This document shows, in pieces, positions 47,003-56,472 of a stretch of 60,446 nucleotides of DNA (positions within the stretch are counted from its first letter, which is position 1; every line of letters starts with the position of its first letter). This stretch comes from an uncultured Dorea sp. (GTDB lineage Bacteria; Bacillota; Clostridia; Lachnospirales; Lachnospiraceae). A model generated the notes under the pieces. The model was given only the letters and a program-made list of their open reading frames with translations. It ran no database searches and was not told the DNA's origin. The DNA lies in the NCBI GenBank assembly GCA_949916155.1, contig CATLEM010000001.1, positions 1-60,446 of the forward strand, in the 5' to 3' direction. A program made the position numbers and the translations under genes.

Positions 47003-48406
47003 TTATAATTTCCATAAGCCTACCGTCATGATCGTCATATCATCCGTCGGCTTTTCCCCGCTCCATTCCAGTACTTTCCCAAGCAGACAATGGGCAAGCT
47101 CATTGGGATTTACCGTATTGGTCTCCCGTATGAACTCTGTCATCAGAGTATCCTGCTCTTTTGCCGGAAGCGCATCCATCACCCCATCCGTCACCATGAT
47201 AACAAAATCTCCTGACGAAAGCTCTCTCTTCGCCGATTCTATCTCTATATCCTTAATGACTCCTATCGGCAGCGTAGCCGAAGTGATCCGCTCCACACTG
47301 TCCGCCCTCTTGATAAATGTAGTGGACGCTCCCGCTTTCACAAATTCGCAGCTACCCGTATACAGATCAAACAGGCACACATCGACCGTAGAAAAACGGA
47401 CATCCTCACGTCCGATGACCAGGGCAGTATTCATGATCTCTATGGCCATCTTCGCCGGGAAGCCCGCCTCCAAAAGTTCTTCTAACATCTCCACCACCAT
47501 AGTGCTCTCCCTGCACGCCTCCTCCCCGGATCCCATGCCGTCAGATATCGCCATTCCCTTTTTTCCGCCCGGAAGATCTGCCATAAGAAAGGTATCGCCC
47601 GATGTCTGCTCACAATCCTTCCCGATCTTCGCGATCCCCTGAAGCGTCTGGAACCGCGCACTCTCCACACAGGCGATCGTACAGTACTGCGCTCCCACGA
47701 TGGGACGTTCTCCCTGCTGGGGCATCATGATCCTGCCTACACACCCGCCCACTTCATAGGCAAGTTCTTTCGTGGCTATACATATCCCTTTCGCTGTCTT
47801 TACTGTAAGATGTATCTCATATTTGCCCTGGGGCGTAATATAGAACACCGAAGAAAGCATCTTGATCCCGATCTTTTTCAGCCTGTTCTTAAGCTTCTTT
47901 TCCAGATGCTCGTCCTCAAAAATACCTGCGTCAAGTTCCCTCGTCGTATACTGCAAAAGCTTGGCAAAGTTCCTCAGCTGGCCTGCGAATCCTTCCCGGT
48001 TCTGGACGATCTTATTATTCCAGAGAAGTATCTTCTTGGCATTCTCATACACCTCCAGCGTCTCCCTGAGAAACCTCGGCGCAAAAAGGCACCTCTTCTG
48101 AAGGCTTCTCTTAAGCTCCACATTCAGTTCCGCGCCGTAATCTTCCACTGCACCAAGGATCTCATACAGCATCTGATAGGTGAAGATCCGGTTCTCCTGC
48201 AGGCATTCTTCCCTTCGCTCGCAGTTTTCGCACACCTTGTCCGTCACCCTATGAAACATCTCCTCGAATTCATCTTTAGAAAAATTACCCTTGTAACCCT
48301 CTAAGGTAAAAAAAGTTTTTGAAAGATGCACCATTGAATCCGCAAATTTATCCATCTGAATAACATATGGATTTAAAAATACATCCTTTTCCTTAATCTC
48401 TACCAT
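47003..48406 (-). CDS. spoIIE: SpoIIE family PP2C phosphatase without N-terminal membrane domain
   Basis: SGD, ISDGMGSG, KAGA, TDGV, DDMT; canonical position between divIC and tilS. Confidence 0.88.
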   Translation of the reverse strand: MVEIKEKDVFLNPYVIQMDKFADSMVHLSKTFFTLEGYKGNFSKDEFEEMFHRVTDKVCENCERREECLQENRIFTYQMLYEILGAVEDYGAELNVELKRSLQKRCLFAPRFLRETLEVYENAKKILLWNNKIVQNREGFAGQLRNFAKLLQYTTRELDAGIFEDEHLEKKLKNRLKKIGIKMLSSVFYITPQGKYEIHLTVKTAKGICIATKELAYEVGGCVGRIMMPQQGERPIVGAQYCTIACVESARFQTLQGIAKIGKDCEQTSGDTFLMADLPGGKKGMAISDGMGSGEEACRESTMVVEMLEELLEAGFPAKMAIEIMNTALVIGREDVRFSTVDVCLFDLYTGSCEFVKAGASTTFIKRADSVERITSATLPIGVIKDIEIESAKRELSSGDFVIMVTDGVMDALPAKEQDTLMTEFIRETNTVNPNELAHCLLGKVLEWSGEKPTDDMTIMTVGLWKL

Positions 48407-48441
48407 CTTGATCTGCTCCCCTTATTTACGTCAATTGATAC

Positions 48442-48473
48442 AAAAAAGCTTTAGGATATATATCCTAAAGCTT
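48442..48473 (-). terminator. Intrinsic terminator after divIC
   Basis: AAGCTTTAGGATA-TA-TATCCTAAAGCTT followed by a T run on the minus strand. Confidence 0.75.
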
Positions 48474-48489
48474 ATCATTTGTACCGGCT

Positions 48490-48819
48490 TTACTCTGCCT
48501 TAAATATGATTTCATCTTCATAGACAAGGCCTAATTTCTCTCTGGCCATATCCTCTATATATGCATCCGTACCTACATAGTCTTCCAGCTTATCGATCTC
48601 CTTTGCTTTCTGCTTTTCCTCCTCTATCTGCTGCTTGAGTTCGATCTCCTGCTCTTTATATGCCCTCTCCTTTGCCTTCAGTGTCATACTGTTCGCGAGC
48701 ACGATAGCGCCCAGCAACACGATCACAGCACTGATCGCAAGCATACTCCTCTTGTGTCCTCTGAGGCGCCGCCTCTGCCTGTTGCCGCGGCGGTGTTCCT
48801 GCTTTGTCTTTTTCATCAT
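48490..48819 (-). CDS. divIC: Septum formation initiator (DivIC/FtsB family)
   Basis: Basic N-terminus, TM helix, coiled coil, YIEDMAREKLGLVYEDE; synteny. Confidence 0.9.
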   Translation of the reverse strand: MMKKTKQEHRRGNRQRRRLRGHKRSMLAISAVIVLLGAIVLANSMTLKAKERAYKEQEIELKQQIEEEKQKAKEIDKLEDYVGTDAYIEDMAREKLGLVYEDEIIFKAE

Positions 48820-48940
48820 TTATACTCACCCTTGCCGATAGGTCTTCACCATTAGTTAACTATCCCCTATCTTATCTTTTTTTCTCAGATTGCGCAAGAA
48901 CTTAAAAAGAATAAATCGCAAAATCAGCGTAGATTTTTTT

Positions 48941-49225
48941 TTACCCTTTTTTCCGTCTTCTCAGCAGTGCCTCACAAAAAAGGGTTCCAAATACAAGTCC
49001 TAGTATAAAATACCATCGGATGCTACCATCACTTGTATAGTAAATTTGCACAAACACATACAGCGCAGAGCCGATCCAGAAAATAACATCTTCAATTCCG
49101 ATTAAAAACAGACTGTGTTCTATTATTTGACGGAAAACACCAATACTCTGATACACCAGACGCAGCATGATGCCGGTAACTACCGACACCAGAAATATGA
49201 TCATCTCTCCTTTGATCTCCGGCAT
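48941..49225 (-). CDS. yabQ: Spore cortex biosynthesis protein YabQ (short form)
   Basis: MPEIKGEM...EDVIFW...DGSIRWYFILGLVFG; follows yabP. Confidence 0.85.
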   Translation of the reverse strand: MPEIKGEMIIFLVSVVTGIMLRLVYQSIGVFRQIIEHSLFLIGIEDVIFWIGSALYVFVQIYYTSDGSIRWYFILGLVFGTLFCEALLRRRKKG

Positions 49226-49229
49226 CTGC

Positions 49230-49523
49230 TTACCTGAACAGCTTAGAGAACAGCTTCTCTCCCTGCTTCGCACCCGCATGGACATCCGAGTAAGAGATAC
49301 TGTCAATATTGCCCGACAGATCCACTTCTCCCTTCTCCAGATTCAGACGGTTCACATGCAGATCTGTTCCTTTCACCATCATCATCCCCTGCTCCGTCTC
49401 CAGAAGAATCTCATTCAGATCAAATGACAAGACATCGAGCACCCCTGTTACCAGACTCGTCTTGCGGTTATTGACAACCAGTTTATGATTTTTCTGCGCG
49501 GTCCTGTCTTCCATACACATCAC
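49230..49523 (-). CDS. yabP: Sporulation protein YabP
   Basis: HKLVVNNR...TGVLDVLSFD...LETEQG...LHVNRLNLEKG...SISY. Exact start (49523/49520/49514) uncertain. Confidence 0.93.
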   Translation of the reverse strand: MMCMEDRTAQKNHKLVVNNRKTSLVTGVLDVLSFDLNEILLETEQGMMMVKGTDLHVNRLNLEKGEVDLSGNIDSISYSDVHAGAKQGEKLFSKLFR

Positions 49524-49537
49524 AACCTTTCTTAATA

Positions 49538-49565
49538 ATCATATGAAAGGTTGTTCGCATTTATT
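49538..49565 (-). promoter_or_regulatory. Sigma-E-like promoter of yabPQ
   Basis: ATA-N16-CATATGAT on the minus strand; yabPQ is a known sigma-E operon in Bacillus. Confidence 0.65.
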
Positions 49566-49803
49566 ACAAGTATTTAAAAAGATTGGCTGCCTCTTCCTTT
49601 TTTGTCGTATCCTTGAGATCAAGGACTTCCACCTTAACTGTCTTCGTCCCGAACTGGATCTCGATGATGTCTCCTGCCTTGACCTTCACAGATGCCTTCG
49701 CCGTCTGTCCGTTCACCGTTACCCGTCCGGCGTCACACGCCTCATTCGCTACCGTCCGCCGTTTGATCAGGCGGGATACTTTTAAAAATTTATCTAATCT
49801 CAT
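49564..49803 (-). CDS. yabO: S4-domain RNA-binding protein YabO/RqcP
   Basis: MRLDKFLKVSRLIKRRTVANEACDAGRV. Confidence 0.95.
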   Translation of the reverse strand: MRLDKFLKVSRLIKRRTVANEACDAGRVTVNGQTAKASVKVKAGDIIEIQFGTKTVKVEVLDLKDTTKKEEAANLFKYL

Positions 49804-49823
49804 CTTTTCACCTCTTTACTGCA

Positions 49824-49856
49824 CAAAAAGACAGAGAGCCAAAAGCCCTCTGCCCG
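49824..49856 (-). terminator. Intrinsic terminator after hup
   Basis: GGCAGAGGGC-TTTTG-GCTCTCTGTC followed by TTTTT. Confidence 0.7.
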
Positions 49857-49869
49857 TTTATCCTAAGAT

Positions 49870-50145
49870 TTACTCATTTACTGCATCCTTTAAAGCTTTT
49901 CCGGCTTTGAACTTCGGAGCTTTGCAAGCCTCGATATTCATCACCTTACCTGTCTGCGGATTTCTGCCTTCCCTTGCTGCTCTCTTTGAAATCTCAAAAG
50001 TACCGAATCCAACCAGCTGAACCTTGTGCTCCTTTTTCAATTCTTCTGTTACAACATCAACAAATGCTTTCAAAGCCTTTTCGGAATCTTTCTTGGATAA
50101 CTCTGCCCTGTCAGCAATCGCTGCTACTAATTCTGTTTTGTTCAT
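49870..50145 (-). CDS. hup: DNA-binding protein HU
   Basis: MNKTELV, VQLVGFGTF, GRNPQTG, PKFKAGKALKD. Confidence 0.97.
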   Translation of the reverse strand: MNKTELVAAIADRAELSKKDSEKALKAFVDVVTEELKKEHKVQLVGFGTFEISKRAAREGRNPQTGKVMNIEACKAPKFKAGKALKDAVNE

Positions 50146-50347
50146 GGATAATTTCCTCCTCTTGTTATCACCTAAAATACCATTTTAGTCTTTCATTTTC
50201 AAGCGGTAACACATAGCGACAGCCTATGTTTTTTTCGCCTCATGTATATAGTTATAACTACTTTCCAGTTGTTTGTCAAGGACATTTCTCCTTTTTCAGC
50301 CGTTTTTACGCTTTTGCAGATATTTTATGTATTTTTGGCATTACGGC

Positions 50348-52078
50348 TTACAACATGGTGTCGATCATAGCTACAACCTTCTCACCAAGGCTTCTGGATT
50401 TCTCATCCGCATCCTCTAAAGAAGTACCCTTGATTCCATAATAAAACTTAACCTTCGGCTCCGTACCGGACGGTCTCACACAAAGCCATGCATCGTCTGT
50501 CAGGTCATAATACAGCACGTTCGATGCCGGAAGGCCCGTACTGGTAACTTCCCCTGTCTCAAGATCCCTGATTGTATCCGCCTGGTAATCTCTCGCCCTG
50601 AGCACCTTATAACCGCCGAATTCTGCCGGAGGATTTTTCCTCAGCGTATCGAGGATCTCCTGAATCTTCTGAAGCCCTTCGATTCCCTTAAGAGTGATGG
50701 ACTGGATATCATCCTTGTAGTATCCGTATTTCTCGTACATGTCCACCATCGCATCCCAGAGTGTCTTCCCCTGAGTCTTATAGTAAGCTGCTGCCTCGCA
50801 CAACGCCATAGTCGCCACGATCGCATCTTTATCTCTTGCGTGTGTTCCGATCAGGCACCCGTAACTTTCTTCAAAGCCAAACAGATACTCGCCCTTACCG
50901 GCCGTCTCAAATCCCAGGATCTGCTGTCCGATATACTTAAAGCCTGTCAGTACCTCGATAAGGCCTGCATTGTACTTCTTCGCAATGGCATCCGCCATAT
51001 TGGAAGTAACGATAGTCTTGATCAGATATCCGTCATCCGGAAGGCCCTTAAGCGCTTTGCGCTGTCCGATCTCATAGTCCGCCAGCAGACATCCTGACAT
51101 ATTGCCTGTCAGTGTATGGTATATTCCGTCCTTGTCCTTCACGCGCACACCAAGCCTGTCCGCATCCGGGTCAGTCGCAAGGACAAGATCCGCATCGATC
51201 TCTTTCGCAAGCTTAAGACCAAGTTCAAAAGCTTCCTCCGCTTCCGGATTCGGATAGGATACTGTCGGAAATTCCCCGTCCGGCAGTTCCTGCTCCTTCA
51301 CTACATGGACATTCTTAAATCCCAGTTCCTTAAGGATGCGCCTTGCCGGTACATTTCCTGTCCCATGCAGCGGGCTGTAGACGATCTTTATCTCATCGCC
51401 GACCTCGTCGATCGCGTCCTGATGAAGCACCTGTTTCCTTAACTCAGCGATATAACCGTCATCCACATCCGCACCGATCACCTGATAAAGCCCTGCTTCT
51501 TTTGCCTCGCCGATCCCCATAGTTTTGACGGTATTATAATCCGTCACCGCCTTTACCTCATCCATGATCCCCTTATCATGAGGCGGTGTGATCTGGGCTC
51601 CGTCCTCCCAGTATACCTTGTATCCATTGTACTCCGGCGGATTGTGGCTCGCCGTGATATTAATCCCGGCGATACAGCCGAGCTTCCTCACCGCATAGGA
51701 AAGCTCCGGTGTCGGACGGAGCGCGTCGAACACATACGCCTTAATGCCGTTTGCTGCAAGGCAGAGCGCTGCCTCGTCCGCGAACTCCGGCGACATCCGC
51801 CTGGAATCATAGGCGATGGCAACGCCTTTATCCTTCGCATCCTTTGCCGTGATATAGTTGGCCAACCCCTGGGTAGCCTTTCTGACCGTGTAGATATTCA
51901 TCCGGTTAGTCCCCGCACCGATAATACCTCTGAGTCCTGCAGTACCAAATTCGAGATCTTTATAAAAACGTTCTTTTATCTCATTATCATCGTCTGCAAT
52001 GTTCTTTAGTTCCTCTCTTGTTGCCTCGTCGAAATATGGATTGCTGATCCATGCCTCGTACCGCTCGCGATATTCCAT
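50348..52078 (-). CDS. pgm: Phosphoglucomutase/phosphomannomutase
   Basis: FGTAGLRG, TASHNP, DPDADR, FEESYG, RPSGTEPK. Confidence 0.95.
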   Translation of the reverse strand: MEYRERYEAWISNPYFDEATREELKNIADDDNEIKERFYKDLEFGTAGLRGIIGAGTNRMNIYTVRKATQGLANYITAKDAKDKGVAIAYDSRRMSPEFADEAALCLAANGIKAYVFDALRPTPELSYAVRKLGCIAGINITASHNPPEYNGYKVYWEDGAQITPPHDKGIMDEVKAVTDYNTVKTMGIGEAKEAGLYQVIGADVDDGYIAELRKQVLHQDAIDEVGDEIKIVYSPLHGTGNVPARRILKELGFKNVHVVKEQELPDGEFPTVSYPNPEAEEAFELGLKLAKEIDADLVLATDPDADRLGVRVKDKDGIYHTLTGNMSGCLLADYEIGQRKALKGLPDDGYLIKTIVTSNMADAIAKKYNAGLIEVLTGFKYIGQQILGFETAGKGEYLFGFEESYGCLIGTHARDKDAIVATMALCEAAAYYKTQGKTLWDAMVDMYEKYGYYKDDIQSITLKGIEGLQKIQEILDTLRKNPPAEFGGYKVLRARDYQADTIRDLETGEVTSTGLPASNVLYYDLTDDAWLCVRPSGTEPKVKFYYGIKGTSLEDADEKSRSLGEKVVAMIDTML

Positions 52079-52128
52079 ATCTGTACCTCCTGTTTCGCTA
52101 TTGCTGTTAATTATTATACACCAACAGC

Positions 52129-53136
52129 CTACAAATGAAAAGCAAATATATTCTCCATAAAGCGTTCTTTCTCTTTCGTCTGCCGGATCGCTGTGCCAAG
52201 CTTTTCGACATTCTTCACGGAGACCCAGGCTTTATTGGAATGGTAATAGGAATTGGCGATCTTCCAGAACTTTTCCGGATAAGCGAGACGAATCTTTAGA
52301 TACTCCATCTCCCGGTCAGACAGCGGACAGATGGCAGAGTAGGCATTGAGCATATTATCCCCGAGCCGTTCCTTCCATCCGTGCTTTTCCATGACCTTCC
52401 GGAAAAAATAATAAAGATCCTCCGCCTGTATATCCTGCCTGAACTTATCAAAATTTGTTGTCGCCAGGATAACCGCGCCCCCGCCGTACGCATCCTCCCC
52501 CTTCATGAGGATATTGTGATAATTATATTCACCGTGCGTCAGGCAGTTCCTTTCGATGCTTTCCTGATAGAGCCTCTCATAATCCGATCCGGCCAGCAGT
52601 TCCCCCGCGATCTGCGCCCACTGGTACATATCATCAAAATGCTTCAGAAAAGCGATCTCAAACTCGCCCTTCGATGTCTGTGAACGGACGAACCTGCGGA
52701 CTTTCCTAAGCTCCCTGTCATGCCTTTCATACTCTTTGCCAAGCCGCTCGCCTCTTGTCTCCTGTGAAAGCTTCATCCGCATGGCCATATGAAGCTTAGC
52801 AAGATTCCCCGACGCTTCTAAAAGTTCCGCCGGCCTTCTCAAGTCGCACTCCCGCCCTTTAAACCACCGCCGGAGCATATATCTCTTTCCGTCCTCACAT
52901 TCCGTGACGTACTCTCCGTCCTCATTAGGCTCGATATAATCCACGCCGTCATAGCCGTTTTCCATAAGATGCGCATACAGGCTGCACAGCGAGAGGATGC
53001 GTCCTGCCGGCGCTGTCACCTCTTTTAAGAGAAACACTCCCCGGTCCGTTTCGCATAAAACAGCACCCCTCACTTTACGGGTGCTGTTAACGTCAATGTT
53101 ATATTTTTCCAAAATATTCTTATCATAATCCTGCAT
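52129..53136 (-). CDS. CotS family spore coat protein (kinase-like fold)
   Basis: LAKLH, HGEYNYHNIL, LAYPEKFWK. Confidence 0.85.
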   Translation of the reverse strand: MQDYDKNILEKYNIDVNSTRKVRGAVLCETDRGVFLLKEVTAPAGRILSLCSLYAHLMENGYDGVDYIEPNEDGEYVTECEDGKRYMLRRWFKGRECDLRRPAELLEASGNLAKLHMAMRMKLSQETRGERLGKEYERHDRELRKVRRFVRSQTSKGEFEIAFLKHFDDMYQWAQIAGELLAGSDYERLYQESIERNCLTHGEYNYHNILMKGEDAYGGGAVILATTNFDKFRQDIQAEDLYYFFRKVMEKHGWKERLGDNMLNAYSAICPLSDREMEYLKIRLAYPEKFWKIANSYYHSNKAWVSVKNVEKLGTAIRQTKEKERFMENIFAFHL

Positions 53137-53174
53137 ACTGACATCCCCTGCACTCTACATTACATGTTCTTTTT

Positions 53175-53203
53175 AAAGTATGATGCCAGATAAAGAAATA
53201 TGA
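53175..53203 (-). promoter_or_regulatory. Mother-cell sigma (sigma-E-like) promoter of the cotS-family gene
   Basis: TCATA-N16-CATACTTT on the minus strand. Confidence 0.55.
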
Positions 53204-54538
53204 TTATTCTTTCCAAAGAAACTTAAGTAATTCCTCTTTTGTATTAAGAGCCGGCTCCTCGATGACCGCCGAAAGAAGCTCTCTGAGCTTTTCACCGATC
53301 TCTTTGCCCGGCTCCATACCCGCCTCGATCAGATCTCTGCCCGTCACCGCAAGATCCTTTAAAGACACACACTGATTCCGGCTGACGATCTCCCGGTAAA
53401 GTCCTTCGACCGCATCCAGGTTCTCAAGCTTTTCTTCCCTCCTGTACATGCTCTGGGCAAGCACATCTGCCCGCCGGACCTCCATATAATACGGAAAGAT
53501 ATCCTCGCCGATCTTATTCATCGCCCGCCGGACATTCTTCGCCTCAGCCGGCATCCGGTAATCATGGTAATACACCAGCCTCGTGACCTTGTGAAGAGTA
53601 TCATTATCAAACTTAAGCCTCTTCAGCACCTCCCAGGCGATAGCTTCACTCTCAAAAGCGTGTTTTTTAAAATGTGCCCGGCCATTCTCATCTATCGTCT
53701 TAAGCGCCGGCTTTCCCATATCATGCAGCAGCATGGTCAGACGCAGCACCCTGTCCGGGCGCACATTCTCCACCGCATGTATCGTATGCTCGCCTACATT
53801 ATACATATGATGGGGCGTCTCCTGTTCCGTCGTCATCAGCCGGTCAAATTCAGGCAGAAACTGCGCTGTGATGCCAAGCTCATAAGCTTCCCTCAGAAGG
53901 CCCGGCCGCTCCGACACCAGCATCTTGACAAGCTCTGTCTGTATACGTTCTGCACTGATCCGCTTAAGTGTGTGCGACAATTCTTTCATCCCTGCCCTCG
54001 TCTCCTCATCGATAGAGAACCCAATCTGGGCCGCGAACCGGACACCCCGGAGTATCCGAAGTGCATCCTCTGAAAATCTCGCCTCCGCATCACCCACGCA
54101 CCGGATCACCTTGCCGCGCAGGTCCTCAAGGCCGCCGAAGAGATCCACAAGCCCTTCCCGCTCATTGTACGCCATGGCGTTGATGGTGAAATCCCTGCGC
54201 AGAAGATCCTCCCTGAGATTTCTCGTAAACGTCACTTCCTTTGGATGACGGCTGTCCTCATATTTCCCGTCGATACGATAGGTTGTCACCTCGAAACCCT
54301 CATGGTCAAGAAGCACCGTCACTGTCCCGTGCTCGATCCCCGTATCAAACGTCTTTTCAAACAGCGCTTTCGTCTCCTCGGGCGCGGCGGAAGTGGTGAT
54401 ATCCCAGTCTTCCGGCTCTCTGCCGAGAATGGAATCCCGCACGCATCCTCCCACCGCATAAGCTTCATACCCCGCATGCTGCAGGACGCCTATGATCTTA
54501 TTCACTTTTTCGGGCAGCCGGATGTCAGAAACTTTCAT
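53204..54538 (-). CDS. cca: CCA tRNA nucleotidyltransferase with HD domain
   Basis: VGGCVRD, DWD, RRDFTINAM, EDALRILR, LLHDMGK. Start reassigned to ATG 54538 just after the proS stop. Confidence 0.94.
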   Translation of the reverse strand: MKVSDIRLPEKVNKIIGVLQHAGYEAYAVGGCVRDSILGREPEDWDITTSAAPEETKALFEKTFDTGIEHGTVTVLLDHEGFEVTTYRIDGKYEDSRHPKEVTFTRNLREDLLRRDFTINAMAYNEREGLVDLFGGLEDLRGKVIRCVGDAEARFSEDALRILRGVRFAAQIGFSIDEETRAGMKELSHTLKRISAERIQTELVKMLVSERPGLLREAYELGITAQFLPEFDRLMTTEQETPHHMYNVGEHTIHAVENVRPDRVLRLTMLLHDMGKPALKTIDENGRAHFKKHAFESEAIAWEVLKRLKFDNDTLHKVTRLVYYHDYRMPAEAKNVRRAMNKIGEDIFPYYMEVRRADVLAQSMYRREEKLENLDAVEGLYREIVSRNQCVSLKDLAVTGRDLIEAGMEPGKEIGEKLRELLSAVIEEPALNTKEELLKFLWKE

Positions 54539-54539
54539 C

Positions 54540-55982
54540 CTAGTACGCTTTGCCCCAGTAAGCCATATGCTTTGCCGGCTTTCCGCACCAGATACATTTA
54601 TCCGAGATAAACTCTTCATCTTCGATCAGGCACCTGGTCGCCGCGCCGCCTGTCACATACTTCACTTCGCCCTCGCACTCCGGATCTCCGCACCAGCAAG
54701 CCTTTACAAAACCTCTGTTCTGTTTAAACTTCTCCGTCATCTCGTCCATCTCTACCGCTGTATCGATATGTGACTCAAGGAAATCCTTTGCCCGGTTAAA
54801 CATATCCTGCTGGATCGTCTCTAAGATATCTCTGAGCTTCTCTGCAATCTCATCCATCTTAACGACAATCTTCTCACGGGTATCACGGCGCACAACGATC
54901 ACCTGGTTATTTTCGATATCCTTCGGTCCGATCTCGATACGTGTCGGAATACCAAGAATCTCCTGCTCTGCGAATTTCCATCCGGGACTTTTTTCAGAGT
55001 CATCGATCTTCACTCTGTAGCCGGCCTTTTTCAGTTCATCGAACAGCGCAAACGCTTTGTCAAGAACGCCTTCTTTATGCTGCGCGATCGGGATCACCCT
55101 GCACTCAACCGGCGCTACATGCGGCGGAAGCACGAGCCCGTCATCATCACCGTGAACCATGATAAGCGCTCCGATACTTCTTGTGGACCATCCCCAGGAA
55201 GTCTCATATACGCTCTGAGGCTCGTTGTTCTTATCAATATATTTAATCCCGAAGGCATCCGGGAATCCGCTGCCGAAGAAATGACTGGTCGCGGACTGCA
55301 GAGCCTTTCCGTCATGCATCAGCGCCTCGATCGTATAAGTGTCCTGCGCACCCGCGAACTTCTCATGCTCTGCCTTTCTTCCGGACACATACGGAATCGC
55401 CAGCGTCTCTCTATAGCAGTCCTCATATACATGGAACATCTGGATCGTACGCTCCTCAGCCTCTTCATATGTTGCGTGGATAGTGTGGCCCTCCTGCCAC
55501 AGGAACTCTCTGGAGCGGAGGAACGGCCTCGTCGTCTTCTCCCAGCGAAGTACACTGTTCCACTGGTTCCATACCTTCGGAAGATCCCTGTAGGATTTAA
55601 CTGTCCTCGCCCACAGATCGCAGAATAATGTCTCTGACGTAGGGCGGATACACAATCTCTCCTGAAGTCTCTCCATACCGCCGTGAGTTACCCATGCAAC
55701 CTCCGGCGCAAATCCTTCCACATGATCCGCCTCTTTCTCAAGAAGGCTCTCCGGAATCAGAAGAGGCAGAGATACGTTTTCAACACCTGTCTCCTTGAAC
55801 CTTCTGTCCAGATCCGCCTGGATCAGCTCCCAGATCGCGTAGCCGTTAGGCAGATAGTTAAGACATCCCTTAACACTTGAATAATCGCACAGATTCGCCT
55901 CACGTACAACATCCGTGTACCACTGTGCGAAATTCTCATCACGCGGTGTAATATTTTTTACTAACTTCTTGTCCTTTGCCAT
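54540..55982 (-). CDS. proS: Proline--tRNA ligase (archaeal/eukaryotic-like type)
   Basis: HVEGFAPEV, IRPTSE, RPFLRSREFLWQEGHT, HGDD, C-terminal KAY. Confidence 0.97.
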   Translation of the reverse strand: MAKDKKLVKNITPRDENFAQWYTDVVREANLCDYSSVKGCLNYLPNGYAIWELIQADLDRRFKETGVENVSLPLLIPESLLEKEADHVEGFAPEVAWVTHGGMERLQERLCIRPTSETLFCDLWARTVKSYRDLPKVWNQWNSVLRWEKTTRPFLRSREFLWQEGHTIHATYEEAEERTIQMFHVYEDCYRETLAIPYVSGRKAEHEKFAGAQDTYTIEALMHDGKALQSATSHFFGSGFPDAFGIKYIDKNNEPQSVYETSWGWSTRSIGALIMVHGDDDGLVLPPHVAPVECRVIPIAQHKEGVLDKAFALFDELKKAGYRVKIDDSEKSPGWKFAEQEILGIPTRIEIGPKDIENNQVIVVRRDTREKIVVKMDEIAEKLRDILETIQQDMFNRAKDFLESHIDTAVEMDEMTEKFKQNRGFVKACWCGDPECEGEVKYVTGGAATRCLIEDEEFISDKCIWCGKPAKHMAYWGKAY

Positions 55983-56071
55983 GTTTCCTTCTCCTTTTTC
56001 TTTTTTATTATGAAAATCTTACTTTTGCTGCTGGTCGCAGAGCAATCAGCAACTGATCCTGCACTCAGGCA

Positions 56072-56306
56072 TAAAAACCGCCGAGACCTCCGCTCCCAAA
56101 AGGGACCGAAAATCTCGGCGGTACCACCCTCGTTAACTGCAATACTTCGCAGTCCTCTCTCTAATCACCATTAACGCTGGTGCCACGCCGCATTTTCACA
56201 CGGCGGCTCCAAGGCAGGTTCATCACAGTTTCATACAAGAATCTCTCAGCCGCCGGACTCCCTCTCTGTAGAACTTCATCTGCAATTACTATCCCTTTTC
56301 ATCGCC
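56072..56306 (-). ncRNA. T-box riboswitch with proline specifier
   Basis: AGAGA and GCTGAGA boxes; specifier GAA-CCT at 56216-56218 (Pro codon); T-box AACGAGGGTGGTACCGC; terminator CCGCCGAGA...TCTCGGCGGTTTTT. Confidence 0.95.
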
Positions 56307-56472
56307 AAACCCGCTTTTTGCAACCAACATTGCCAGCGGGTATTCAATTAACCGTAATTCTAATTGATAACAGAGCATTTGTCAAGTGTGAAAATCTATG
56401 TTTTTGCATGAAACCTGCGGCAAATCTGTAACAGTTCAGACAAGCTGTCCTGTTACGTAAATCTGCTCTCCT

